A DNA stretch of 64,000 bases, from NCBI GenBank assembly GCA_965262615.1, contig OZ253545.1, positions 896,001 to 960,000 on the forward strand. Reading direction: 5' to 3'. The notes below the pieces were generated by a model, which did not search any database, was not told where the DNA came from, and saw nothing but the letters and a program-made list of their open reading frames with translations. Origin of the DNA: Alphaproteobacteria bacterium. GTDB lineage: Bacteria > Pseudomonadota > Alphaproteobacteria > GM7ARS4 > G965262615. Shown here piece by piece: positions 1-9,720 of this stretch (position 1 is the stretch's first letter; the number at the start of each line of letters is the position of its first letter). The translations under genes were made by a program, and so were the position numbers.

Positions 1-123
1 TCCGTGTGGCATTTGTATCGCCAGCCCACAGATGCCGCCATGAGACGCTGCTTTCGTGATTCGGTGATTTACCTGTTTGCCCTTTTCACATTCCTCATGA
101 TGGATGAACTTTTGCAGGTGTGA
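1..123 (+). CDS. ctaB: Protoheme IX farnesyltransferase (heme O synthase), 3' end only
   Basis: Frame 1 reads ...AMRRCFRDSVIYLFALFTFLMMDELLQV*, resembling the CtaB/CyoE last TM helix; canonical position upstream of ctaG/ctaE. Confidence 0.75.
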   Translation, partial: SVWHLYRQPTDAAMRRCFRDSVIYLFALFTFLMMDELLQV

Positions 124-124
124 C

Positions 125-271
125 ATGAAAAAAGACAACGCAAAAAAATCATCACCCATCAATGTCAAGCAATGGCAGGACAATCAGTGGTCTCGCTCGC
201 GCGCTTTGGGATTGTTTCTTGGGTTTTTGTCGCTTTTGTTTTATGGCATCACGGTGGTGAAGTTTGGTTGA
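125..271 (+). CDS. Small single-TM CoxF-like protein (48 aa; not in ORF track)
   Basis: MKKDNAKKSS...RSRALGLFLGFLSLLFYGITVVKFG*; a small TM protein typically sits between ctaB and ctaG in alphaproteobacteria. Confidence 0.7.
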   Translation: MKKDNAKKSSPINVKQWQDNQWSRSRALGLFLGFLSLLFYGITVVKFG

Positions 272-275
272 TATC

Positions 276-860
276 ATGGCTGAAAATAAAAAAACGGCTC
301 TGACACTTGCTTTTTTCACCCTGTGCATGGGGGGCGTGGCGTTTTACGCGCCCACCCTTTATGACGCATTTTGCCGCATCACCGGGTATGGCGGCACACC
401 CATGATTGTGACGCAAGACAGTGTGCCTTCCCCATCACCACAGGCGCGCTCTTTTAATGTGCATTTTGAGGCGGACATCAGTGATGACCTCCATTGGCAA
501 TTTGAACCAGCACAGGGCAGTGTCACATTGGATGCTGGGGAGGTGCTGGTGGTGCATTACAGAGCCCAAAACATGACAGACCACGACACCATCGGCACCG
601 CCGTCTATAATGTGACTCCCCACAAAATCGCTCCCTATGTGGCAAAGGTGGATTGCTTTTGTTTTCAAGAACAGCCTCTCAAAGGCTCTGAGTCGGCAAT
701 GATGCCCATCCGCTTTACCATTGACCCCGCTATTATGGATGATCCTTCCGTGCGGGATGTGACCGATGTCACTTTTTCCTACATTTTTTATCCGTCCGAC
801 CAACAAGCCGTCATGAATCACGGTGAGGACGACACGATGAATCACGACAGCAACATGTAA
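276..860 (+). CDS. ctaG: Cytochrome c oxidase assembly protein CtaG/Cox11
   Basis: LYDAFCRITGYGG and CFCF copper-binding motif. Confidence 0.95.
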   Translation: MAENKKTALTLAFFTLCMGGVAFYAPTLYDAFCRITGYGGTPMIVTQDSVPSPSPQARSFNVHFEADISDDLHWQFEPAQGSVTLDAGEVLVVHYRAQNMTDHDTIGTAVYNVTPHKIAPYVAKVDCFCFQEQPLKGSESAMMPIRFTIDPAIMDDPSVRDVTDVTFSYIFYPSDQQAVMNHGEDDTMNHDSNM

Positions 861-876
861 TCAGAGGAGGTTGACG

Positions 877-1704
877 ATGGCTGGCAAACAAAATCATCCC
901 TATCATCTTGTGACTCCAAGTCCTTGGCCCTTTTTGATGTCCCTGGCAGTGCTGGCTGCCGCCATGGGATTGATTTTAGCCATGCATGATGAAGATTTCC
1001 AATTGCTCTACGCAGGATTGTTCCTGATGGCGACCTTCTTCTATTTGTGGTGGCGAGATGTCATTCGTGAAGCCGAGGGAGGCAAGCATCATAATGGCGT
1101 TGTTCAGCTGGGATTGCGTTATGGCATGGTGCTGTTCATCGCCTCGGAAGTGATGTTCTTCGTGGCGTGGTTTTGGGCGTTCTTTGATGCGGCATTCTTT
1201 CCTGGCAACACCGACAGTGCGGAACTTGTCGGACGCACCGAAGTGCTCGGCGGACAGTGGCCCCCCGTCACCATGGAAGGCAAACTGTTTGACCCATTGT
1301 CCATCCCCTTTCTCAACACATTGGTTTTGGTCACTTCCGGTGGCACGGTCACATGGGCGCACCATGCTTTGCGGGAGAATAATCGCGGTGAATTCATCGG
1401 AGGACTTGTCGTCACCGTCATTCTGGGATTGATTTTTACCGCTTTGCAAGCGTATGAGTATCACGAAGCCATCTTTGCCTTTGATGAAGGCATTTATCCC
1501 TCCATCTTTTACATGGCGACAGGATTTCACGGATTTCATGTCATTGTGGGAACGCTTTTTCTCATCGTTTGTCTGATGCGTGGATTGCGAGGTCATTTCA
1601 AGCCCGACCATCATTTCGGATTTGAAGCCGCCGCGTGGTATTGGCATTTTGTGGATGTGGTGTGGCTGTTCTTGTTCATCTTCGTCTATTGGTGGGGCAG
1701 CTAA
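877..1704 (+). CDS. ctaE: Cytochrome c oxidase subunit III
   Basis: HPYHLVTPSPWP, TGFHGFHV, AAWYWHFVDVVW; RBS GAGGAGG. Confidence 0.97.
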   Translation: MAGKQNHPYHLVTPSPWPFLMSLAVLAAAMGLILAMHDEDFQLLYAGLFLMATFFYLWWRDVIREAEGGKHHNGVVQLGLRYGMVLFIASEVMFFVAWFWAFFDAAFFPGNTDSAELVGRTEVLGGQWPPVTMEGKLFDPLSIPFLNTLVLVTSGGTVTWAHHALRENNRGEFIGGLVVTVILGLIFTALQAYEYHEAIFAFDEGIYPSIFYMATGFHGFHVIVGTLFLIVCLMRGLRGHFKPDHHFGFEAAAWYWHFVDVVWLFLFIFVYWWGS

Positions 1705-1705
1705 A

Positions 1706-1850
1706 TTGATGCGGCTATGGCTCGGATCTTTTGTTGTCTCCATTCGCTTAATCCCCTGTGTTATTGTGATGGTGCGTGATTGATGCAACGATCGCTTGGC
1801 TCTTTTGTTGTCACCATTCGCTTTGTTCCCTGTGTCTGTGTGATGGCGGC
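1706..1850 (+). repeat. Diverged 74-bp tandem duplication of the surf1 start
   Basis: 1709: MRLWLGSFVVSIRLIPCVIVMV versus 1783: MQRSLGSFVVTIRFVPCVCVMA. Confidence 0.85.
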
Positions 1851-2490
1851 TCTCGCCGTTCTGTGCTCTTTGGGTGTGTGGCAGCTGGAGCGCGCTCAAT
1901 GGAAAAAGGAAATCATTGCTGAACGGAACAGCTATGCTCGGCTGCCGCCCGTGATGATTGATGGACGCGATGCCCAATTAGAAAACTATAGTCGTGCGCG
2001 CGTCATTGGCAGCTTTATTCCTAACGCTGAGATTCATCTGGCGCGTGGCGATCTTCATTCGGGTGCGGCGGGCTATCATGTGGTCGTTCCTTTTCGCTTG
2101 CAAGATGGCTCTGTTTTATTGGTCAATCGCGGCTTTATTCCGTTGGCGTGGCGGGAGCGAACTCGTCATTACGATGGCAAGACACAGACCATTGAAGGCA
2201 TCGTCCGCACCCAAACCAAAACGACATTTTTTACGCCTCGTAATGAGCCCCACAACAATTTCTGGTTTACCATTGATATTGATGCCATGCTGGGGCATCA
2301 CGGTCTTGCCGATGGCTTGAATTTTTATTTAGACGAGGCGCGCCGCCCATCATCGCAAGAGGGCGAGCCCATTGGCGGACAGACACCCATGACATTGCGG
2401 GATCATCATGTGTCCTATGCCATCACATGGTTTTCGTTGGCACTGGTGTTGCTGGTGTTATCGCTGATGGCGGCGGTGCGCCGTCATTGA
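1783..2490 (+). CDS. surf1: SURF1 family cytochrome oxidase biogenesis protein
   Basis: LGVWQLERAQWK, LLVNRGFIP, HVSYAITWFSLA. Confidence 0.93.
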   Translation: MQRSLGSFVVTIRFVPCVCVMAALAVLCSLGVWQLERAQWKKEIIAERNSYARLPPVMIDGRDAQLENYSRARVIGSFIPNAEIHLARGDLHSGAAGYHVVVPFRLQDGSVLLVNRGFIPLAWRERTRHYDGKTQTIEGIVRTQTKTTFFTPRNEPHNNFWFTIDIDAMLGHHGLADGLNFYLDEARRPSSQEGEPIGGQTPMTLRDHHVSYAITWFSLALVLLVLSLMAAVRRH

Positions 2491-3179
2491 GGGTGAAGGT
2501 GTTTATCAATGATTGCCTGAATCTGCTGACTCTCAGCGATGGCGGCACTGCGCGCTTTGTCACTGAGTTGTTTTTCAATGGCTTGGCGTAACTGCGCAAT
2601 TTGCTCTCTTTGTTTTTGCTGAAGACCGGTGTCATCAATGATGGACAGTAACGCCGCCGCCTGCACCCAATTGCGTTTGACCCCCTCACCCCTGAAAAAT
2701 AACAAGGCAAGATTGACCTGAGCTTTGCTGTGTCCCATGAGAGCCGCCTCCTTATAAAATTCGGCGGCGGCGGCTTTGTCTTGAATGGCACCGTTGCCAC
2801 CCTCAAGAGCTAACGCCACATGAAACAGTGCATCCTTATGACCCTGCTGTGATGCCGCCCGCCACCACGCCACCGCTTCATATTGATTCAGAGGAACGCC
2901 ATCGCCATGAGCATAGAGCAAGCCCAACCGATACTGTGCCTCTTTATGTCCTCGGTCTGCCGCCATCCGTAGCCAAAAAACCGCTTCTTGCTTGTGAGCA
3001 GGATGATTTTTGCCGCTTTTGCCGTAGAACAATCCCAAATCATAGGCTGCCGATGGTGACCCCTGATGCGCATGATTCTTCACTTCCATCAGACGCTCGT
3101 CCACGAGTGATGGCGGGTCGTCCCCATCACCTCCACACTGTGCCAGCAGAAGTGTGAAAAGCACAAGACCGTGACGCAT
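2484..3179 (-). CDS. Sel1-repeat protein, probable lipoprotein
   Basis: LLAQCGG lipobox-like N-terminus; AQYRLGLLYAHGDGV..EAVAWWRAASQQG repeats. Confidence 0.88.
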   Translation of the reverse strand: MRHGLVLFTLLLAQCGGDGDDPPSLVDERLMEVKNHAHQGSPSAAYDLGLFYGKSGKNHPAHKQEAVFWLRMAADRGHKEAQYRLGLLYAHGDGVPLNQYEAVAWWRAASQQGHKDALFHVALALEGGNGAIQDKAAAAEFYKEAALMGHSKAQVNLALLFFRGEGVKRNWVQAAALLSIIDDTGLQQKQREQIAQLRQAIEKQLSDKARSAAIAESQQIQAIIDKHLHPQ

Positions 3180-5219
3180 TTACGATTGCTCCTTTGGGCT
3201 ATCAGTGGCTTGCGGGGTTTGTGATGGCGGCTGGCTTTGTGGCTTGGGTTGTGCTTGAGGCACATCCCATGCCACGATTTCAGCATCATCATGCCACCGC
3301 TCTATTCCATCGTCGGATGATGAATCGGCAGATTCTTGTGCTGTTTCAGATTTTTCGTCCTCTTCTTGAGGGGAATCTTCTTCGTCCCCTTCTTGAGAGG
3401 AATCCTCCAGAGCAGGGCTGGGCGTGTCAGCCTCGGAGGCGGTTTTGATGCCCTGCAGGAAAGACGCACGACATTTTTGCAAGAATTGATTCGCCGTCCC
3501 GTGAGGCAATTCCGATTCGTAAAATTGCAAAAAGGGCTCAATAATGTGATTCCATAAATCCTCAATGGGAGGCAACGCGCCTCCATCCTCGTCATAAAGA
3601 ACATGATCGGTCTCACCATAAAAGGCAATATAGTCACGCACAAAATCCACAACAGGCAATAAATAACTCTCGCCAATCTGACAGTTCACCCCCAGTTCCG
3701 CCTGGTCGGTGATGAGGTCATTGAGTGCCTGCATGCGATAGGCAAAGTGCGTGAACTCATGGGCATGGCGATTCCACGGTGGCAGAGAATTGTCATGGGT
3801 CATCTCCTTATGCCAGACCTCCGAGAGGCTTTGCACCAAGCGGGCGGGATCAAAGGCATACAAAAACCACAAAAACTGAGAATGCAGAAAAGGACGAAAG
3901 CGATCATTGGGAATCACAGACGGATTCATGGTGGCAATAAAATATAAATTATCAGGAATGGTAAAAGTCATTTGATCATCGCCACGCAGAGTGATGCTTT
4001 GCCGTCTGTCCCGCAGCAAAGACAAGACCTCACCGAACATCTCAATGGGATCCACGCGATGAAAATTATCCAAAATGATCACAAAAGGAATCTTGCGCAC
4101 ATTTTCAGGATTTTTCTCCTGTAAAAACAAACATGTTTTCAATAGAGTCCCCAAGCTCCTGATATTGGGATTATTGGGATCGCGAATAAAATATTCATAT
4201 CCAAAATTACGATGAAGTGGGACATGAACGATGCGATCCTCAATGATTTTTTTGATCTCTTGAATTTTGGTGAAATACCATTCGGGTTTGAATTTTTCAA
4301 TCAGGGCTTGACGGATGAGGCTTTCTGACACTTTGCGAGCGAATTTTCTTTTTCCCGCGCCGGTGGGTCCATAGATGATGATCTGTTTGCGGGAGCGTAA
4401 TTTATCACTGACGGAAAATCCAATATGCTCAGACGCGGTATCAAGCCAGAATTCACTGAGAGGACTTTTATAGAAGTCGGGTCGTTCCTTTGCAAAGAAT
4501 GGGCGGAAAAGTTGATAGACCGAGGATATGACATGAGACGCAGAAAGATTTTTTTGCTCTGGCAAGATTCCACGAAATGCGGAAGCGATTCCTTTTTGAT
4601 GGCGCGGAATGACGATGGCATCAAAGTGATCGGGGAAGAACAGGTGTGCCAGAATAGAGGGCATAAACGCGTTTTTGTCTTGCTGACTGAGGACTGCCAT
4701 TTCCAAAAGGCGCGGTGCTACGAAGATTTCTTCGCGGCGTTTTTGTTCGGTGGATACAATGGTGCTACATACTTGGATGAGGCTTTTCCATTCTCGCATC
4801 ATCATGGCTTTATATTCGCTTGAGGCATAGCCGCATCCTGTTTGAAAGGCTTTGAGGAATTGGTCCATTTCGTCATTTTGCGGCAGTCGAACATTTCCCC
4901 ACTGGGAGAGTTGGGTGAGGGTTTGTTTCTTGAAGTTGCTTTCCATATCCATAGGAAAGAGGGCGTAGATATAGAATATTTCACAGCCGAGGGCGGCGGC
5001 TTCCTCAGTGGCTTTTTGCATGTGATGTTGCAAAGCATCTTCAAGGGGTTTGTCTTTAGCGTCTTGTGTGGGGTCTATGATTTGTTCCTGCACGGCGGCA
5101 AGGTTTTTGCTGTTCCACAAGGGTTCTTTCCAGAAGAGTGAGCGACCATTGACAAGGGATTCACTCATCCAGTGCTGAATGACATCATAGATATACTCTT
5201 TATTAACAACTTCACTCAT
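3180..5219 (-). CDS. McrB-like AAA+ protein with degenerate catalytic motifs and acidic tail
   Basis: QIIIYGPTGAGK Walker A, HRNFGYEYF, IILDNFHR (cf. DEINR), FTIPDNLYFIATMN, QIGESY (cf. QIGHSY). Confidence 0.8.
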   Translation of the reverse strand: MSEVVNKEYIYDVIQHWMSESLVNGRSLFWKEPLWNSKNLAAVQEQIIDPTQDAKDKPLEDALQHHMQKATEEAAALGCEIFYIYALFPMDMESNFKKQTLTQLSQWGNVRLPQNDEMDQFLKAFQTGCGYASSEYKAMMMREWKSLIQVCSTIVSTEQKRREEIFVAPRLLEMAVLSQQDKNAFMPSILAHLFFPDHFDAIVIPRHQKGIASAFRGILPEQKNLSASHVISSVYQLFRPFFAKERPDFYKSPLSEFWLDTASEHIGFSVSDKLRSRKQIIIYGPTGAGKRKFARKVSESLIRQALIEKFKPEWYFTKIQEIKKIIEDRIVHVPLHRNFGYEYFIRDPNNPNIRSLGTLLKTCLFLQEKNPENVRKIPFVIILDNFHRVDPIEMFGEVLSLLRDRRQSITLRGDDQMTFTIPDNLYFIATMNPSVIPNDRFRPFLHSQFLWFLYAFDPARLVQSLSEVWHKEMTHDNSLPPWNRHAHEFTHFAYRMQALNDLITDQAELGVNCQIGESYLLPVVDFVRDYIAFYGETDHVLYDEDGGALPPIEDLWNHIIEPFLQFYESELPHGTANQFLQKCRASFLQGIKTASEADTPSPALEDSSQEGDEEDSPQEEDEKSETAQESADSSSDDGIERWHDDAEIVAWDVPQAQPKPQSQPPSQTPQATDSPKEQS

Positions 5220-5244
5220 GGTGCATTGATTCGTTTGATGTGGG

Positions 5245-5318
5245 TAGCGGAGGAGGGAATTGAACCCCCGACCTAGAGATTATGATTCTCCCGCTCTAAC
5301 CAACTGAGCTACTCCGCC
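5245..5318 (-). tRNA. tRNA-Met(CAT), elongator type
   Basis: GGCGGAG-TA-GCTC..GAGC-G-GGAGA-ATCATAA-TCTCT-AGGTC-GGGGG-TTCAATT-CCCTC-CTCCGCT-A cloverleaf; CCA not exactly encoded. Confidence 0.93.
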
Positions 5319-5354
5319 CGATGGGTCTAATATGAAAAGCACAAGGACATGATG

Positions 5355-6428
5355 TCAAGAGGCAGCATTGCTAATCCATCCGCCGCCGAGCAGTTGGTTC
5401 TGATGGTAGAAGACGCACGCCTGTCCTGCGGCGATGCCGTGACTGTGTTCACGAAGCGTGACTCGTGCGGTGTCATCATTGATTGTGGTGACTTGTGCGG
5501 GAGCGGGTTGTTGCGGGCTGCGCCATTGCACAAGGGAGGGCTCTGTGTGGGTGAGCCAATGGACATCATGCACCGTGATGGTTTGGCGAGCGAGGGCATC
5601 CTTAGATCCGACGGTGATCTCGTGGGTTTGGGGATTGATGGCGATGACATAGAGTTTGTCTTGGTCTGTGCGGTAGCGTCCGCCGATGTTGAGCCCGCGC
5701 CGTTGCCCCACCGTGAATTGCTCAATGCCCTGATGTTTCCCGAGCCATGTGCCATCCACATGGCGAATGTCGCCGCTTTGTCCCGCATCAGGATGCAGAC
5801 GGCGAATGACATCGGAATAATGCCCCTTGCTCACAAAGCACAGATCGCGACTCTCTGCCTTATGAGCGGTGGGCAATCGCAGCCGCCGCGCATGGGCGCG
5901 CACCTGTTGTTTGGTCATGTCTCCCAATGGAAAGAGCAAGGATGCCAATTGTTCTTGGGTGGTGGCAAAGAGGAAATAGCTTTGATCGCGCGTTTTGTCT
6001 GTGGCTCGGTGGAGTTGGTTGTCAACCATGCGGACATAGTGTCCTGTGACGAGGCGTTCGGCTCCGAGATTTTTGCCGATGGCGAGCAGGTCGCGAAATT
6101 TGACCGTCTGATTGCAACGCACGCACGGCACGGGCGTTTTGCCCTCCATGTAGTTTTGCACAAAGTCATCAATGACATTTTTGCGAAAATGCTCTTCAAA
6201 ATTGAGAACATAGTGGGGGATGGCGAGATGGTGGGCGACTTGTCTGGCATCATCAATGTCTGCGCCGGCGCAGCAGCTGCCGATTTTTGTGTGTTGCGTG
6301 GCGGGTGTGAGCTGCAGGGTGATGCCGATGACTTCGTGTCCTTGTTCCACCATCAGGGCGGCGGCGACCGAACTATCCACCCCGCCTGACATCGCAACCA
6401 CATAGCGTTTTTTATTTTTAGCTGGCAT
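5355..6428 (-). CDS. mnmA: tRNA 2-thiouridylase MnmA
   Basis: VVAMSGGVDSSV, PCVRCN, TGHY, DQSYFL, TVGQRRG. Confidence 0.97.
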   Translation of the reverse strand: MPAKNKKRYVVAMSGGVDSSVAAALMVEQGHEVIGITLQLTPATQHTKIGSCCAGADIDDARQVAHHLAIPHYVLNFEEHFRKNVIDDFVQNYMEGKTPVPCVRCNQTVKFRDLLAIGKNLGAERLVTGHYVRMVDNQLHRATDKTRDQSYFLFATTQEQLASLLFPLGDMTKQQVRAHARRLRLPTAHKAESRDLCFVSKGHYSDVIRRLHPDAGQSGDIRHVDGTWLGKHQGIEQFTVGQRRGLNIGGRYRTDQDKLYVIAINPQTHEITVGSKDALARQTITVHDVHWLTHTEPSLVQWRSPQQPAPAQVTTINDDTARVTLREHSHGIAAGQACVFYHQNQLLGGGWISNAAS

Positions 6429-6497
6429 AATGGTCACCATAAAAAAGCAACACGCCAATGGCAAGGACTAATTGGCGTGAACTCGAATGGAAGGTGT

Positions 6498-6629
6498 GCT
6501 ATGAAGAAGTTTGTTTTATCCTCATTGATGAGCCTGTGGGCTATGAAGAGGTTTGTTTTATCCTCATTGATGAGTGTATGGGCTATGAAGAAGTTTGTTT
6601 TATCCTCATTGATGAGTGTGTGGGCTATG
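6498..6629 (+). repeat. 3 x 42-bp in-frame tandem repeat encoding MK(K/R)FVLSSLMS(L/V)WA
   Basis: ATGs at 6501, 6543, 6585 with near-identical units. Confidence 0.97.
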
Positions 6630-7163
6630 GCGGTTTCGCCCGATGGGTTGGCGCAGGAGCGGCAGGATGTCTGGCAGATGACATTTGATTCCATTGATGG
6701 CGGTTCAATTCGGCTGGCGGACTACAAGGGCAAGGTGGTGATGGTGGTCAACACCGCCTCCAAGTGTGGTTTTACGCCGCAATACAAGGGGCTGCAAACT
6801 CTGTGGGATCGCTATCGCTACAAGGGGCTGGTGGTGATTGGCATTCCGTCCAATGACTTTGCCAATCAAGAACCCGATGATGAGGCGACCATCAAACAAA
6901 TGTGCGAGCTGCGCTATGGGGTGACTTTTCCTTTGAGTCGCAAGGAGGTGGTGACGGGCGGCTCTGCCCATCCGTTTTATCGCTGGGCGGCGGAAAATGT
7001 GGGACGCTTGGGCAAGCCCCACTGGAATTTTCACAAATACATCATTGCGCCCGATGGCAGGCTGGCGGCGTGGTTCACTGGCATCACCAAGCCCGATAGC
7101 GATGAAATGACGAGCACCATTGAGATGCTGCTGGATGAGGTGGAGATGGGTCGCAATGGCTGA
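6501..7163 (+). CDS. Glutathione peroxidase family protein (Cys type) with triplicated signal peptide
   Basis: VNTASKCGFTPQY, PSNDFANQEP, WNFHKY. Confidence 0.93.
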   Translation: MKKFVLSSLMSLWAMKRFVLSSLMSVWAMKKFVLSSLMSVWAMAVSPDGLAQERQDVWQMTFDSIDGGSIRLADYKGKVVMVVNTASKCGFTPQYKGLQTLWDRYRYKGLVVIGIPSNDFANQEPDDEATIKQMCELRYGVTFPLSRKEVVTGGSAHPFYRWAAENVGRLGKPHWNFHKYIIAPDGRLAAWFTGITKPDSDEMTSTIEMLLDEVEMGRNG

Positions 7164-9720
7164 GGGCAATGTCTTTATGCGGGCGCGCGATCTTCGCGCT
7201 TCCTTTGTTGATTATTTTCGCACCGCCCGCCACGAGGCGATGGATGCCGCCTCCATCGTGCCCCATGGCGATGATTCGTTGTTGTTCACCAATGCCGGCA
7301 TGGTGCGTTTTAAGGATGTGCTGAGCGGCGCGGTCAAGCCTGAATGCTCGCGCGCGGTGACGGTGCAGCCGTGCATTCGCGCGGGCGGCAAGCATAATGA
7401 TTTGGATGAGGTGGGCTATACCACTCGCCATCATACTTTTTTTGAGATGCTGGGGAATTTTTCCTTTGGCGACTATTTTAAGGAAGAAGCCATTGAGCTG
7501 GCGTGGGAATTGTTGGTGCGTGAATGGGGCGTGGATAAGAAGCGTTTGTTTGTCACCGTGCATGAAAAAGATGAAGAAAGCCGCGAATTGTGGCGAAAGA
7601 TTGCTGGCTTGCCCGAGAATCGTATTCATATAATCTCTAGTGATGATAATTTTTGGTCAATGGGTGAAGTGGGACCCTGCGGTTATTGCACCGAGATTTT
7701 TTACGATTATGAAACAGGGGACGGAAAGGTTGATGCTCGCGGCGTGAGCGGCAATCGCTTTGTGGAGATTTGGAACTTGGTTTTCATGCAATACGAGATG
7801 ATGAGGGATGGCTCACGGCGCGACTTGGAACGGCACGGCGTTGATACCGGCATGGGGCTGGAGCGCATCGCCACCGTCATGCAAGGAAAACGCGAAAACT
7901 ATGACACAGATGAATTGTGTGCCATCATGAATCATATTTCTGAGCGAAGCAAAAATTGGAATAAAGTTTCGTCATTGTTTGCGGTGGATGAAACGGTTGC
8001 TCTCAAGGTGATGACCGACCACCTACGGGCGGCGTGTGCGTTGCTGGCGGCGGGGGTGATTCCTGACCGTGAGGGTCGCGGCTATGTGTTGCGCCGCATC
8101 ATGCGGCGCGCCATGCGTTACGCCCATGGCATGGGAGCGAATGGCAGTGTGCTGCATGAATGCTTGGAATTTGTGGCAAAGACGATGGCATCGTCACTGC
8201 CACAAAAATACGACATAATTGAGATGGCGCGCTGTGTGCGCGAGGAAGAAGAGCAATTTGCCAAGACATTAACAAGAGGGCTTTCTTTGTTGCAGGACCA
8301 GCTGGCACTATTGCCCAAGGACAATCCACAATTGAGTGGCGAGGATGCCTTTAATCTCTATGACACCTACGGCTTTCCCTTGGAGGTGACGCGCGATGTC
8401 ATGCGGCGTGTGGGTGGCACGGTGGATGAGGAGGAATATAAGTATTACATGGACATGCAAGCTAGAGCCAGTCACAAGGAAAATGACCTTGTTGCATGGG
8501 CGGCAGATTTTGCCAAGACGGAATTTCGCGGTTATGACCAGCACGAGTGCGAGGCAACGGTGCTGGGAGCAATGGAGTGCAAAAATGGAAGCACTGCTGT
8601 GGTTTTGGATGCCACAGTTTTTTATGGCGAAAAAGGCGGGCAAACGGGCGATCGCGGGCGTATTAAGAATGAGAAGGGGGATGTTCTGTGCAGGGTGTCA
8701 GACACTCAAAATATTGATGGAGTGATTGTCCATTTGGTAGCAAGGGTTCAACAGCTGGACGCGAGAGCAAAAGTGAAAGCGATGATTACAGAGGATTATC
8801 GTCATGGCTTGTGTGTGCATCACACGGCAACTCACTTATTGCATGAGGCGTTGCGGCAAAAGCTGGGCAACCATGTGGAACAGCGCGGCTCGCGAGTGGC
8901 ATATAATGGCTTGCGTTTTGACTTTTCGCATTCCAAGCCTTTGAGTGAGGATGAGGTGCAAGCGATTGAGCAAGAGGTCAATAAACAGATAAAGCTCAAT
9001 CATAAAGTTGAAACCGAAGAAATGCCCATTGAAGAGGCGCGTAAGAAAGGCGCGCGCGCTTTATTTGGTGAAAAATATGGCGATGTGGTGCGGGTAGTGG
9101 AAATGGGGGATTCAAGAGAGCTGTGCGGCGGCACTCATGTGAGTCACACAGGGGCTTGCCAAATTTTTAAGGTGACAGGAGGCGGGGGTGTTGGGGCAGG
9201 GGTGCGCCGCATTGAGGCGGTGGCATCACATAAAGCCGTCAAGGAATATGAGAGGGGTATTGAGATAGGGAAACAATATGAGAAAGAAAAAGAAGAAAGA
9301 AAAAAAGCAGAAGCCGCGAATCGTCAAGCTATGCAGGCAAAAAGATTATCATCAATTGGCAATGATGATGTGCCAATAACGCCTGTGCGCGATGGCTGGG
9401 GATGGGTTCATCAAAATTACGATGAAGCATCCACTGCCGAATTGCGAGCCCTTGCGGACGCATTGAAAAACAAATTGGGAAACAAACAACTGATTGTGAG
9501 CGTCATGTCGCAAGATAAGAAACGGGTTCATGTGGTGGTGACAAGAACTGATGATGTGTCAATCTCTGCGGTGCAGTTGCTCAAACAAGCTGTTGCGCCG
9601 TTTGGTGGCAGTGGTGGCGGCAGAGATGATTTTGCTCAAGGGGGAATTCCTGATGGCAAAAAATTCTCAGAGCTTGAAAATGAGCTGAAAAAAATAATTA
9701 CCAGTTATGAAGGACAATAA
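7156..9720 (+). CDS. alaS: Alanine--tRNA ligase
   Basis: LLFTNAGM, HHTFFEMLGNFSFGDYFK, HTATHLLH, ELCGGTHV, GGSGGGRDDFAQGG. Confidence 0.98.
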   Translation: MAEGNVFMRARDLRASFVDYFRTARHEAMDAASIVPHGDDSLLFTNAGMVRFKDVLSGAVKPECSRAVTVQPCIRAGGKHNDLDEVGYTTRHHTFFEMLGNFSFGDYFKEEAIELAWELLVREWGVDKKRLFVTVHEKDEESRELWRKIAGLPENRIHIISSDDNFWSMGEVGPCGYCTEIFYDYETGDGKVDARGVSGNRFVEIWNLVFMQYEMMRDGSRRDLERHGVDTGMGLERIATVMQGKRENYDTDELCAIMNHISERSKNWNKVSSLFAVDETVALKVMTDHLRAACALLAAGVIPDREGRGYVLRRIMRRAMRYAHGMGANGSVLHECLEFVAKTMASSLPQKYDIIEMARCVREEEEQFAKTLTRGLSLLQDQLALLPKDNPQLSGEDAFNLYDTYGFPLEVTRDVMRRVGGTVDEEEYKYYMDMQARASHKENDLVAWAADFAKTEFRGYDQHECEATVLGAMECKNGSTAVVLDATVFYGEKGGQTGDRGRIKNEKGDVLCRVSDTQNIDGVIVHLVARVQQLDARAKVKAMITEDYRHGLCVHHTATHLLHEALRQKLGNHVEQRGSRVAYNGLRFDFSHSKPLSEDEVQAIEQEVNKQIKLNHKVETEEMPIEEARKKGARALFGEKYGDVVRVVEMGDSRELCGGTHVSHTGACQIFKVTGGGGVGAGVRRIEAVASHKAVKEYERGIEIGKQYEKEKEERKKAEAANRQAMQAKRLSSIGNDDVPITPVRDGWGWVHQNYDEASTAELRALADALKNKLGNKQLIVSVMSQDKKRVHVVVTRTDDVSISAVQLLKQAVAPFGGSGGGRDDFAQGGIPDGKKFSELENELKKIITSYEGQ

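Noticed and set aside
5349-6389. Long antisense ORFs (e.g. 346 aa opposite mnmA; also opposite ctaE, uvrD, pepP, uvrA)
   Set aside because: Shadow frames of well-supported genes with no recognisable motifs
6498-6629. 42-bp repeats as a mini CRISPR array
   Set aside because: Units are directly adjacent with no unique spacers, are in frame within a CDS, and no cas genes are present
6501-7163. Selenocysteine glutathione peroxidase
   Set aside because: Active site is TGT Cys (ASKCG); no in-frame TGA
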